A stretch of 62,987 bases of DNA, filler included, from Reticulomyxa filosa (taxonomy: Eukaryota; Protista; Foraminifera), in the NCBI GenBank assembly GCA_000512085.1. It is 24 parts of 24 records of this genome, joined end to end, with 100 filler letters (N's around TTAATTAATTAA, not from the genome) between each part and the next. Parts side by side here need not be neighbours in the genome. Positions count along the whole stretch, not along the records: positions 12,510 to 13,945 come from ASPP01026599.1; positions 14,046 to 16,547 come from ASPP01019375.1; positions 16,648 to 18,297 come from ASPP01029579.1; positions 18,398 to 20,280 come from ASPP01019772.1; positions 20,381 to 21,884 come from ASPP01012450.1; positions 21,985 to 24,717 come from ASPP01005071.1; positions 24,818 to 29,506 come from ASPP01024875.1; 17 more parts are not named here. One strand, 5' to 3'. This document shows, in pieces, positions 12,995 to 26,021 of the stretch. Each line of letters opens with the position of its first letter. Positions within the stretch are counted from its first letter, which is position 1. Below the pieces are notes generated by a model that had not been told where the DNA came from, ran no database searches, and saw nothing but the letters and a program-made list of their open reading frames with translations. The translations under genes were made by a program, and so were the position numbers.

Positions 12995-13476
12995 TTTATT
13001 TTTTTTGATAATGCAAAATGGAAGATATTGAGCGTTTTTTCTCTGAAGGATGACGAAAGGGGTTTCAAAAATATTTTGGCAAAATGAAAAATACATCAGA
13101 ACTGAGTATGCACGTATCACAAGTTTTTTTTTTTAAAAGATTTTCAACCAAATCTTTGAAAAATAGTTGTTCAACTTTTATTGTAGTTTTTAAAAGAATG
13201 TTTGAAAACAAAAAAGAACATCAATGTAAATAAAAAGTGTAATTTAATAAAGCTTTTATAAACTTTAAATGTGTTTGCTCATTGTTTTTAAATTGATTAT
13301 TGCTTTGCTAAGCTTGAAGAGTAAAAATTTGAATATTCAACTGAATAGATAATCAAAGATTATGTAGATATAACTCGAAATATTTGAATTTTGACACACT
13401 TTTTGTTAATTCAAAAAAAAAGATTATTTGTTTTTCCATTTTAATTAATTAAAAAAAATTTTGTTATATATATATA

Positions 13477-13945
13477 TTATCCCCAAACACGAATAGAATT
13501 TCTTGAACCATAATACAAATTAATACCATAACAATTATTATACTTTCTTTTTCTACTATCTTTTAATTGTAAAAATATAAGACATATTATTCCATTATCT
13601 TCTTTATCTCCTTCAATCACATACAATTCTTTCTTATTTGATCGAATATCCCAAAAACGAATTGTATTATCATATGATCCAGAACATATCACATTTGAAT
13701 TACCAATATTATTCTTTATTACAAATGGTGAATATTCAACTACATTTATATAATCTGTATGTCCATTAAATATTTCAATTTGTTTACCAGATCGAATATC
13801 CCATAAACGAATACTTTTATCATCTGATCCAGATAAAATTGTATTAAAACAACCAATATTTTCTAATTCATTTGATCCATATTTTACACTATGAATTACA
13901 TGTTTATGTCCTTTAAATATATTTAATTGTTTAGTTGTTTCAATA
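13477..13945 (-). CDS. WD40-repeat protein, 3' part (upstream tandem copy)
   Basis: FKGHKHVIHSV...SGSDDKSIRLWDIRSG...FNGH...CSGSYDNTIRFWDIRS...IRVWG*. Confidence 0.92.
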
Positions 13946-14045
13946 NNNNNNNNNNNNNNNNNNNNNNNNNNNNNNNNNNNNNNNNNNNNTTAATTAATTA
14001 ANNNNNNNNNNNNNNNNNNNNNNNNNNNNNNNNNNNNNNNNNNNN

Positions 14046-15742
14046 AACCTCGATTGACATTAGTGAGAAACTAAATGAACGAAGAAAGCTATTTGAAAAG
14101 TTACAAAACAACTTTTCAAGTGGCAATTTGAAGCACAATGCCAACAAAAGGCCTATGTCTGCTGATCATATTCGACATTATCATGAAAATGCATTTCCAC
14201 AAAGGTTTTTTTACAAATACAATAACACATCAAAAAAAAATTGTTCAATGGCTTTGCTTATTCACACTGTAACCAAAATAAATGAACAAATAAAATATGT
14301 GTGTTCAAAAAGCAATACTCCTAGTACTAACAACGTATTTGCAATTGGAAAAACTCAATCCGTTTTTGAAGGTTTTACAGAACAAAACGAGAATAACGAT
14401 ATTAAAAAACAGCCCCAACAACGTTGGATCAATGATAGTCTCCCCTTGTCTGAGCCTCCAGAGTCCACTGCGTCCTCCACTCCAACTTTTCAACAATCAA
14501 AGACCAGTGCATTCAACTATGTCAGGGTTTTTTTTTGAACTTTTTTGTTTTTTGTTTCGCACAAAAGCAGCAATAAAAAAAAATAAACTTAGCAAAATGA
14601 CGGTGAACTATTAGAAGAGATCCCAAAAACAAAAACAATGGATACTGTCAAAAATATTGAAAATATCCCCAAGGAAACGCAATCTCAGGCACGTCTTTCA
14701 ATTGAAAGACGAAAGAACGAAAACACAAACTTAAAAGTCGATTTTGACAATTTATTCAATTGGCTTAAAACTCCAATTCCTTGTAATACTACATTTCAAA
14801 CACAAATAAAACGTAACAAATCTCGATTAAATCGATTATATCCAAAATATGAAGTTTTTTCAAAAGATCAAGGCAAATTATTAATGTGTGCTTCAAAGCA
14901 ACCAAAAAACAAAACATCTAATTATATTATTGGAATTAATTTCAATGATCAATTGAAACAAAAAAACGAACAACCATCACCATATTTAGGAAAATTGAGA
15001 TCCAATTTTATGGGCACACATTTTGTTATTTATGATGATGGTAGAAATCCCAAAGATCTTTGTCAAAATCAAACTCCGACAAGAAAAGAAATTGGAGCTG
15101 TTGTCTATGTAATATATCTAAATATATTTATTACATTCCTCAATTTTATTTGTTTACTTAACAAAATAAAGATATAATATTCTTTCAATTATTTGATTGC
15201 AAACATAACAAAAGGATCAAAACATATTGGGGACCAAAGGCCCTCGCAAAATGACAGTGTTATTGCCTGACCCACAAACCAACAAGTCTTGGCAACCCAT
15301 TGACTCCAGTTGTTTATTAATTGAAAAATATACTCAACAAATAAAAGATGGAATTCTTTGTTTGCAAAACCGAACCCCAAAATGGAATTATCGTTTTGTA
15401 TTTTTTTCTATTTCATTTAAAGAAAAATTAATGACTTTAACGTGGCTTTTGAACAGAGATTGGGGCCTACGTGTTGAACTTTAATGGAAGAGTAACACAA
15501 GCGTCGGTTAAAAATTTTCAATTGATATGTGGAAATGGTAAAAAAAATAAAATGTCTTTTCGTATTTCCTCGTATTCTATTTGTGTATGTCTGCTTTGAC
15601 AACTCCAGGTGACGACATTGTACTGCAATTTGGAAGGGTTGGTAAAGACATGTTCACAATGGATGTGAAGTATCCTTTATCTCCATTGCAAGCTTTTGGA
15701 ATTTGTTTGTCCAGTCTTGACAGCAAGCTAGCTTGCGAATAA
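14046..15742 (+). CDS. Tubby-like protein (TULP), 5' truncated
   Basis: [61 protein letters not shown] and the terminal [10 protein letters not shown]; introns 15109-15214, 15393-15456 and 15538-15608, plus one near 14521. Confidence 0.95.
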
Positions 15743-16067
15743 ACAAAAACACCATTTCAAATTCTCTAATTTTACAATGAAAAGCATTGTGAAGCAAACA
15801 TTTTTATGTTTCTCACTAATTACAAAATAAAAAGCATACATAAAAAAAATGATTACTTTTTTTGTAAATGTATGTGTTGCTTAAAAAACCATTGTATGAA
15901 ATCATGCAACCGCTAAAAATACTGTCAAATAATCCTTTCAATGGGTTTGTGCATATTGATACTTTGCTTTATTTGATTGACTAACGAATACTGATTTAGT
16001 GTGCAAAGAGGAAATAAGACAAGTTTTTTCATTCAAAATAAAATTTATCCCCATTGCAATCTATCAA

Positions 16068-16547
16068 ATGTCAACTTCCCAGCGAACAAAGATTAAAATC
16101 ACGGATCCACATTTCCACTTGTGGAATCCCCCCACGCACTCTTGGCTAAAAGACAAAGAGGATTTAAAGCATCATCCCTGCGGGGACATAAACGCACTCG
16201 CAAGGGATTATAACCTCAAAGAATTTTTGCAAGAGTCGAGTTTATATGAGTTGGATAAATCTGTGCATGTTCAATGTTTCCATGACGATCCTTTGGAAGA
16301 GACAAGATATCGGCAAGACTTGTACGTTCAATACAAGCATCCTACCGCTATTATTGCATGTATAGATTTATGCGATCCAAATGTGGAAACTGTGATACAA
16401 CAGCACCAAAAGCTGTCATCTCAATTTCGTGGCGTCCGTCATTGTCTGGACTACCATCCCAAATATAAAAACCGTCAGTTAGGAGGACGACCCGATGTGA
16501 TGATGAGTCCCGAGTTCCACCACGGATTACGGTATGAATTTCCCTCC
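16068..16547 (+). CDS. Amidohydrolase_2 family (sugar-lactonase-like), 3' truncated
   Basis: ITDPHFHLW metal-binding HxH motif, SVHVQ, FRGVRH. Confidence 0.8.
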
Positions 16548-19500
16548 NNNNNNNNNNNNNNNNNNNNNNNNNNNNNNNNNNNNNNNNNNNNTTAATTAAT
16601 TAANNNNNNNNNNNNNNNNNNNNNNNNNNNNNNNNNNNNNNNNNNNNTCAAAAAAAATATTGAAAATAAAAATCTTGCACCATTCAAAATCATCATTAAA
16701 GTGGAAAGAAGTGGAATATCACATAGCAATAGCGCGGACATTTTGGAAAAGAAAACCTGATTGGCAATCATGTTTTTGAAAATGGGTGCATCATCAAATG
16801 AAACAATTTTTTGGATCCACAAATACAAACAAAACACTTAATTCTGACAATATTGTCATTTTGAATAACATTATTATATGTTAACACAAAAAAAAAAAAA
16901 AAAAGCAGTAAAGCAATAAATTAAACCAAAACAAATAAAACCTCTTTGGATGTATATGCACGCAATTAAGAACAATCGTTGTCATTCTGACAATTATTTT
17001 ATGTTTAGCCTTTCTCTTTCTAAAATCAATACACTTTTGTTAAAATGTAATTATTCATTTTGTCAGTTTAAATGCAGTTTTTTTAAAAAGAAAGAACTTA
17101 AAAGTTTAGAAACACTGATAAACAGAAAAAAAACCTTTTTTTAACTTCTGGTTGTTACAACAATAAGTTATTTGTGGCTCGAATTAAAAGGTGATAAATA
17201 ACAAATGGCGAAACAATTGATAGGATTTGTTTTTTAAATAAATATTTCTGCTATTAAATATAAAATAGTATTAAAATTGGATAGTATTGAAAATATATTT
17301 GATGATAGTAGATTTGCATTCAATAATTGCTAACACATGTTATTTGTTATTTATTTTTTTTTATCAATGAAAGACCAAACAAGATGTCTTGGCAATGGAA
17401 CAAAAGATGTCAAAGCGCTAAGAATAGCAGTTGGCGTCTTATCCCAAGGACAAGCATAAAAGAAAGCAAGAAGAAGGAGTATGAAAAAGAAGAGGCAAAA
17501 ACAGAAGATGGACTCAAAAGTTTGGATTCTTTTTTTTAAAATGCCATGTGTGTTGTCGAGTCTGCTTTTTCATTGTCTTCATTCAATTTGTCGACGTGAT
17601 ATGATTTTATGTGAATATGATGAAATAATGCCAACGTCCTGAACACGTCAAGAGGACGCACAAAGTTTGGAGTGTTGCATGAAAGTGTACAAATCTCTGA
17701 TATTTTCCCTCTTAGCTAAGACAGATTGTTGTGTTGTAGTTTGATTATCCATGTGTTGATGTTACTGAAGTTTTTTAAGTTCAGCTTTTTTAAAAAAGAG
17801 GATGTGACCCTTTTAAAAAAACGAAAATGGTATTTTACATTGACATTTTTTATTTGGTTGATGAAACACAAAAAAAATTGAACATAATTTGAGCAATGGA
17901 AATTGAAATGCATGAAAAATTGAATTATTGTATCGAAAAATTTCATTGTTATCTTCGACTAAGACTGAATTTGTGACAGCTTTGTTGTAATTAATCACTG
18001 CCTTTTTTGAAATAATGAAAGTTTCAAAAACATGGATGTTATATCTTTTTTTGAATTAAGCAATAAAGACTGTGCAATTCATAAGTTTTTCATGTTTGCA
18101 ATTTTGCTGAAAATAACAGAAAAAGAAAGAAATGTATTAAATTATTTGCTTTTGAATGTTCTATTTGGAAAAACCAAGTACATTAGGTAATTGGATGGTG
18201 AAAAAAACATTTACACTTTTGATTGTAATTACCAACTTAATAAAAAAATTAAGAATTTAAATAAAATATTTTCTTCAGAGATTGCAAAAATATTTAANNN
18301 NNNNNNNNNNNNNNNNNNNNNNNNNNNNNNNNNNNNNNNNNTTAATTAATTAANNNNNNNNNNNNNNNNNNNNNNNNNNNNNNNNNNNNNNNNNNNNTTG
18401 TTTATCCTCAACTTTTTTTTTCTCAACAATTGGAATATCAAACAAAAGAGACATAAAAAAAATGAATGCAAACCCTTCTATTCCTTTTTTTGCTCATTTA
18501 TTACCACCCCATTTCCACGGATTGGACTAAAATAATGCAGTAATGATAATAAAGGTGGTAACCTTTGCATTATTTAACGTAACTGTTAGAAGAGGTTATC
18601 AAAATGAAAATAAAGAGATGAAATAATTATATTGAAAGAAGTATTTGTAAAAGAGAAAAATAATTTTGAAACAAGTTCCGTGTTACTGTTATTATTTTTT
18701 AATTTAGAAAACAAGTTTTTATATTTTCCAAAATTAACTATACGGAGTAACAAAAAGTGAACCTGTTAAACAAGGAGTAGGACTTTTTTTTTTATCGGTT
18801 TGTTGTTCTTTTACTTTGTTTCTTCCTTTGAAGGTATAACTAACAATATGTTTGCCTTTGTTTCATTTGTATCTAACAAGCAATTATGACTTGGTCACTG
18901 TTTTTTTTCTCTTTGTTCGGACTTGAAAACAAGATAAATTTATATTATAAAAAAACAGCACCACAGTAACAAGTGGACAAGAGAAAGAAATGATTGCGAC
19001 CAATGGATTTGCGAGTTGACAATCGCTTAACGACCAAAGTGGGCACATTTATTGAAGTAATTAAACCGATAAAATTTTTTCCAAGAAAGATGCCGAACGT
19101 TTTTTAGGTGTGCCAACAAATGCCGGATTTGTGTCAGAATAAAAGAAGAAAAATTTAAACAGAAATTGCTTATTGTACATCCGAAAAAAAACACTTGCAT
19201 AAAAAAAAAAATTAAATAAATTAAATTTACTTATTTTATGAATTTATGCTGGTCAGGTCCGAATGAAGCAAATATGATGTCGGAGTTGTGATCATTGCGG
19301 GAACATTGATAAAAATCCGATAATATTTTGCTTCGGAGAAAATAATTTCATTGGCAACGTGAGCCAACTTTTCCATCGTGCTCTTGTGAATTCAAGATAA
19401 TGGTCCAACTCATGATTGCAAAACAGTGACGACGTGGCTTCGAATAATAGTTTGTATTAGATTGGAAAAGGATATACATTGTGAATTTGATACAATGCTT

Positions 19501-20499
19501 TGAAATGGTATTGATTATAGAAGAATGAATCGTTGTTTTGAAGTATCATCATTTGTGAAAATCATTAATTAAGAACAAACTTTTTTCACAAATTGATGTA
19601 CTTTGATAATAATAATAATTTTATTATAAGTCAAGACCATGCAAGCATTGATAATCATATCGTTGTATCATCTTTATCATTTTATTATAAATATTATTAT
19701 AATTCGGGTCCGGAGTTACAATATATCATGATTATGGAAACGAAAAGCTATTAGTATGGATATCACAATTAAATGGAAGAATATCTTTTTCATTATGTGT
19801 TTATCATTTTGGTCGTGCAAAGAATAGCATTTGTGACTGTTTTGGCGGTTAGTTCCACTGGATAAATAGATTATATTGATAGTGTTGTCATTGCAATGGC
19901 AGTGGTTATCATTGTGTTCAAATATCGACCGCGCAAAATCGTTAATTGGAATTTTGTTTCACAATTGGTATTGTTTGGTAACAATTATAGTTAACTATAA
20001 TATAATGCTTGTGCATGTAGTGTTCAAATTGCGTTTACTATAATTGTGATTTATAATTATTGCAGTGATAGAAATAGAAATGGCTTCAATACGGACAACT
20101 AACATTTTAAATCAAATAATATTTATTGTTCAAAATAACATTGTTGTCAGCACCGGCATATCATTTGGCCGTGCAAAGAAGAGCATTGACATTTAATTCC
20201 GTTGAATGTTGTCGTTGAATGCTAACCAAATGGTGAAGTCGTTGCAATAGCATTGTTCAAAACATTTATGGTGTCTGTACNNNNNNNNNNNNNNNNNNNN
20301 NNNNNNNNNNNNNNNNNNNNNNNNTTAATTAATTAANNNNNNNNNNNNNNNNNNNNNNNNNNNNNNNNNNNNNNNNNNNNTTTTTTTAAATAAAAAAAAA
20401 CTTGTTTGGCAAAAGAAAAAGTTAAGTACTTATTTATTACAAATCAGTGCAAAGATTGGAAGGAGAAAAAAAAAAAAAAAAGTAATGATTCGCACACAA

Positions 20500-21790
20500 C
20501 AGACCTCCATGCCTGACATCTTCTCCAATGTAGACACATTGTGGAAACTGAAGCAAGGATTCATGGATGGCGGCGTTCATTAATTTGCGCATGGGATTTT
20601 TTTTGGAAAGCACCGACGGGTCGACGGCTTTCTGCCAGCGTTGCACCACATCCGTTGGGAGTGGCTTATACTCTTGCAGCGGCTGCGAGTTGCGTTTCAG
20701 CAGGTCCAGTCGATCCGCATATTCCCACTTTGGTTCCGTCTTTGCCTTTTCAAAGCCGCTTTTGCAAAGTGTCGCAATTCTTAGTATTCGTTCGTATATT
20801 TCCTCATAGCTTAGCACTCCCAAGGTTACTGCTTGGTGACATAATGCTGATATCACTTTTATAATGAGTTGTTTTTTTTTTTTTTAAACCAAAAAAGAAT
20901 TAGGTTAGTATTTTAACCAAAAAAGAATTAGGTTAGAAAAAAATAACCATTTTTATTTGCCAACTCCTCAATTTCTTCCTTTTTCAAATAAGCATCTTGG
21001 CGGTCAGTGGCGGCGTGGCCAAACTGACGCAACAGTCCGTCGAACACAACGATGGCGGGCTTGGAAGTACTCTTCACATATTGCAAGGCCTGGCGAAACT
21101 GTGAGTACACGTCCAACATGTCATTTCCTTGACACACAAACTTGGGCGTTATCCACCGGTCCAAGTGCGCCCTCGACCAATTCGACTTATCTTGCAAGGA
21201 TATCGATATGCGATTGTTCGACACGCCAATCAGCAAAGGGCACTTCCTTTTATTGTGCGTTGCGTATTCCGCTGCAAACGCACCATTGTCATTGCAAAAA
21301 CGCATTCATTTCGTTGCACACGTATACATATAAACAATCAACAAAGCGCGTTTTCTGTCCCCAGCCATCATTTTCTTAAAAAAAAAAAAAAAGATGAAAA
21401 GAAGAAAAAAAGAAAACAACAACAACAACAACAAATGCAAAATCAATCGCAGACAAACCTAAGTTTAATCCCGCCAAAAAATGAGCGTTGTCAATGGAAC
21501 CATTGCCAAGGGACACGAAGCTGACAAACTGCTTATTTTGGAAGTGGCAGTCTTTCAGTTTCAATTGTTGGACCATCTTGCTTCCCAATGCACGGCCTAA
21601 TGCAGGGCACGTCTGCGATGCGAGCGTACTGGTCACTAAGTAGTCGTACTTGCCACCGCCCAGCAAACAATGTCCAGCTGCACTGACCGGGTCGTTGCGA
21701 CTCACACAATACCCACGAGCCCGACCCAGTATCACTTCCGATATGCTTTCTTCATCTATTGCGTATGTACTTTGTTCCGAGTTTTTCTTT
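20500..21790 (-). CDS. Fused E1 alpha/beta 2-oxoacid dehydrogenase-like TPP enzyme, internal fragment
   Basis: TSTLASQ, VSLGNGS..NAHF...VSNNRISIS (TPP motif), GHAATD and YIGEDVRHGG across three exons. Confidence 0.8.
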
Positions 21791-21984
21791 CGCTTCTGTA
21801 CAAAAAAAAAAAAAAAAAAAAAATAAGGGGTGTAAAATTATTGCGAGTGGTGAATGATTCCAATGCAAAAAAAAAAAAAAAAAANNNNNNNNNNNNNNNN
21901 NNNNNNNNNNNNNNNNNNNNNNNNNNNNTTAATTAATTAANNNNNNNNNNNNNNNNNNNNNNNNNNNNNNNNNNNNNNNNNNNN

Positions 21985-24648
21985 GAAGAAGAAGAAGAAG
22001 AAGAGGACGAAGATGAAGATAATGGAAAAAGAGATAAGAAAGACAATGACAATGACGAGGAAGATGACACAAACGACGAAAACGAATCCGACAACAATGA
22101 ACATAAAGACAATAATAATGCCAATAAAAACAAAGGCAAGATCCAACAAATGCAAAAACCAAAGACTGGCAAAGTCGACCAAAAGACAGCACAGCCCAAA
22201 CCGGACAAAAACAGAAAGCCGGAACCGAAGGCTTACGAAAAACCACAACAGATTGCAGACGACAAAAAAGACGAAAAAAACAAAGGCAAAAAAAAAGAGA
22301 AAGTCATGCCGTCTACAACTGCGATGGTAATAGACTCGGACGCGGTCGTCGAACCGGTACCTACAGCCGTACCGCAGCCAAAAAAACAAATCGGGAATGA
22401 CAAATATGCCAATGACGTGGCTAAACATATGGCTGCAAACGAAGCTGACAAACACCCTATCAAAAAACCCAAACACGAACAAAAGAGTCCTCCCCCGACT
22501 CGCCCAAAACAGTTTCGCAAAAACACGTCACCCGAAAGCGAAGATGAAGAAGGATTCGTTTATACCGTCGATGACAAAGAAAATATTGGTTCGAATGTTC
22601 AAATAAAACACATTTTTGTGTGTTCAAACCACACATTACATTTTTTTGATCATATTTTTATACATATATGCATGTATTTGTATATTTATTGATTCACATT
22701 AAATATATGCGCAAATAGGTATTTCGAATCGCCATCCTCAGTTCAGTAATCCAGTGAGTGGTTTACACTCTCCACAAAACGAGGCTGTGAATCAGACAAT
22801 TTCTCCATCAACGGTGGAATCGAAAGTGCAGCCTAATAAAAAGCAACCGATTGCAAACGTCGGCGATCCTCAAGCAATGAAGAAAAAACAACAACAGCAA
22901 CCACCACAACCACAACCACAGCCACAACCACAGCCACAACCGCAACCACAACCACAACCACAACCACAACAAAAACAACCACAACAAAAACAAGCAATAA
23001 ATGAAAACAAAGACGACAAACAGACTAAAAAAAGGGAGTCTGTAGGGACAAAAAAAAGAGAGTCTGTAGGGACAAAAAAAAGGGAATCCGCAGGGACAAA
23101 AAAGTTTCAAGAGAAACAACAAGTGGCAATCCGCAATCCAGCAATGGCAAAACAAAAAAACAACACAAAAGAAAAAAAAGTGAACAGTGGAAACACGGTG
23201 GACTCCATAAACGCGACGAGTCCAACCTCATTGGGAGCGTCGAAACAGTCCAACTCAATCAACGCCAATCGCGGCAAACGTCGTCGAACTGAAAAGGCAA
23301 AAGACAAACCGCTGTCGGTGTCAAAAGACGAGTCCGAGACAAACGGTTCCAAAAAAAAGGGATTGACACGACATGGCACGTTCAAATTGGAGGACGAGCA
23401 GTTGTCGAAGAGCGATACCGATTTGCGAACAGAACGATCGGACATTGAAATGGATGGAGATAGCGCACAAGACAATCAAAACAATAGTCAAGAGGGGTCG
23501 AGTGAGGCAAGAGTGACGTCTCCAGAGAATAGTGACGATGACAATGGCAATGGCAATGACGATGATGGTGATGATGATAATGATGATGATGATGACAATG
23601 ATGAAAAGCTGACAGATCATAACATTACGGAAAAAGCATCAAAAAGAAAAGAAAAAGAAAAAGAAAAACAAAAAGCAAAAGAAAAGCAACAAAAGAGACA
23701 TAATGAAAGTAAAGATGGAAATGCAAATCAAAACAAAGTTTGTCTTTTGTACAATAATCCCCCTTTTAAAAAAAAAAAAAAAAATATGCAAGATGGATAT
23801 ACATACATATATGTATATGCGTGCGTGCAAAGAAAAAAAACAAGGCGACCAAGAGAGCAAAGGTGCCACAGCGAAGCAAGAGTTAGCAATTGACGAGACG
23901 CAGCCAAAGCGGCGCAATCCGACTACGATAATTCATGAGCAGGAATTTGGAGACGAGAAGAAACAACAGCCGGCGACACATCAACAACAGCGACAGTTTC
24001 GTAGATTATCGAAAGAGATAAAAGACTTCACCCTTGAAGCCAGTTCCAACGGGGCAGTGATAGGAACAGACACAGAGCACGATAGAGAAGACGATGAACG
24101 GAGCAGTGGCAGTGAGTTTGAGACAGAGACGGACACAGACAACGACATGACAAACTCAGGCGTTGCGGATCGTGTGACGGTGAAGAAAACCAAAAAGACA
24201 GGCGGCAAACGCAAAAGGACATCAAAGGCGCGAGTGGAAAATAAGAAAGAAACGATGAGATCACGCGTGGAAGAGCGAGAGAGAAGAGAGTTTATGAATC
24301 AAATTTTAAGTGACGAGCAAGTGCGTAACGCGTTGACGACAGTGGTGGACATGTTCGAGCAACAAGAGCCGAGCCAGGTGGACAGCAATCCAAAACGTGG
24401 GGACTTGACACCCATGACCAACGAACAAAAGGAAAAAAGAAAGGAAGAAATTGTCAAACATTTGTTGTTCAGTTTGCGAATGACTCCAGACATTGATGCC
24501 GCCGAAAAGAGTTCCGGCACACAGGGCAACATAAACCAGCACTTGAAACCGGAACGGCAGGCCCACGCTCATTCCATGGCCGATATTGAGTTGGATCACA
24601 ACACGAATGAAAAGAGCAATCACCTTCAGGCCAAACATAAGGGCAAAA
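21985..24648 (+). CDS. Large low-complexity charged protein, internal fragment
   Basis: Three long exons with acidic tracts, (QP)n and three copies of TKKRES(V/A)G; no domain recognised. Confidence 0.6.
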
Positions 24649-24901
24649 GTTACTTGTCTTTTCTTGTTTTCTGCGTCGACGCAATAATTGCAATGTGCTT
24701 TGTGTGTGTGTGTGTGTNNNNNNNNNNNNNNNNNNNNNNNNNNNNNNNNNNNNNNNNNNNNTTAATTAATTAANNNNNNNNNNNNNNNNNNNNNNNNNNN
24801 NNNNNNNNNNNNNNNNNGCAGTGTCTTTGAAGGTAATTTTTTTCCTCACCCCTTAATAAAATTTTGGAAATATTATATAAAGAAGACTTGGACTAGAGAC
24901 G

Positions 24902-25987
24902 ATGCCACGTCAAAGTCAAAAGCAAAAGGGAAAAGGGAAGAAATCGGATGATAAGGCGCAGCATGTGGAAGAGAAGCCGAAGCACGTGGAAGTGACGGAC
25001 TCGATGATAGAGAACATAAGACAGCTTGTAAAATCGGGACAATACGGTTCGGTGCTGCGAGGGATTTCAAGTTTGGAGAGCAGTGAGAGCGCGACAATTC
25101 CATTGGTGTTGCGATGTTACAAGGCGTATGTATTGGCGAAGAGCGACGAGACAAAAGCGACGGAGTACGTGTTGGAAGAGGTGACACAAAGTGAGTCATT
25201 GTTATCGCAATGTGACAGCGAGTGTTTGGAATATTTGCATCAAAGTTGCGTATTGACCGGATTTGTGCAAATTTGGGAGAGGATATTGGAAAAGTGTTTA
25301 TTGAGCAAAGATGCTAAGATGGCCATCACGGAGCCGTGTGCGAGGGATATGTTTGTGGTGTACTTTGCCAATGACAAATACGACAAGTTGGCGGCATGGA
25401 GCGCACGTATGAAGCAAAGCTTCCCGCAAAACAGTGACGTGTACATGTTATGGTATTTGTTGAGTATGGAATTGCAAGTTGTAGCTAGCACCGTCCATCT
25501 TTGGTTTCCAGTGTATTGGTCACAGCGAGATGAGATGAAAGATATACTTGGCACATTTCAAACAGATGAAAAAGAAAAAGAAAAGAAAAACATAATCTTT
25601 CCATTAGTGACGACAAAGTCTTACAACTTGCTCAACAAATGTGTGAACGCATCTTGTTCGATCCCAAAACCCAACAACCGCTCGCGGTGGATTGGTCCAC
25701 TCGTCGCCATTTGACAGGCTGTGTGGCTGTGTATTTGCGGGTGTGCAAAATGCGGCGTCAGTGGAGCGCGATCTTGCGCGTCCTCGTCGACCCTTCCATG
25801 ACCAATGATACGCTTTTGAAAAGGGGCTTTTACCAGCTCTTTGACCTCCAGCTCCTTCACTTGCAGTCGCTCAGCGCCTTGCAGAGATGGAATGATGTCC
25901 TCCCACTCTGCACTTTACTGTTGCAGCAATATCCTGATGACTTTGGTCTTTGGAAGCAATGGTTCAATGCTCAACGTCAACTATTAT

Positions 25988-26021
<34 letters not shown>

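Noticed and set aside
16648-18297. Short ORFs on this contig, at 58877-60091 and at 62568-62880
   Set aside because: No recognisable motifs or consistent exon structure; treated as intergenic or decayed DNA.
21929-24693. Many minus-strand hydrophobic ORFs, also 32402-33040
   Set aside because: They are antisense shadows of low-complexity K/E/D/Q-rich coding sequence.
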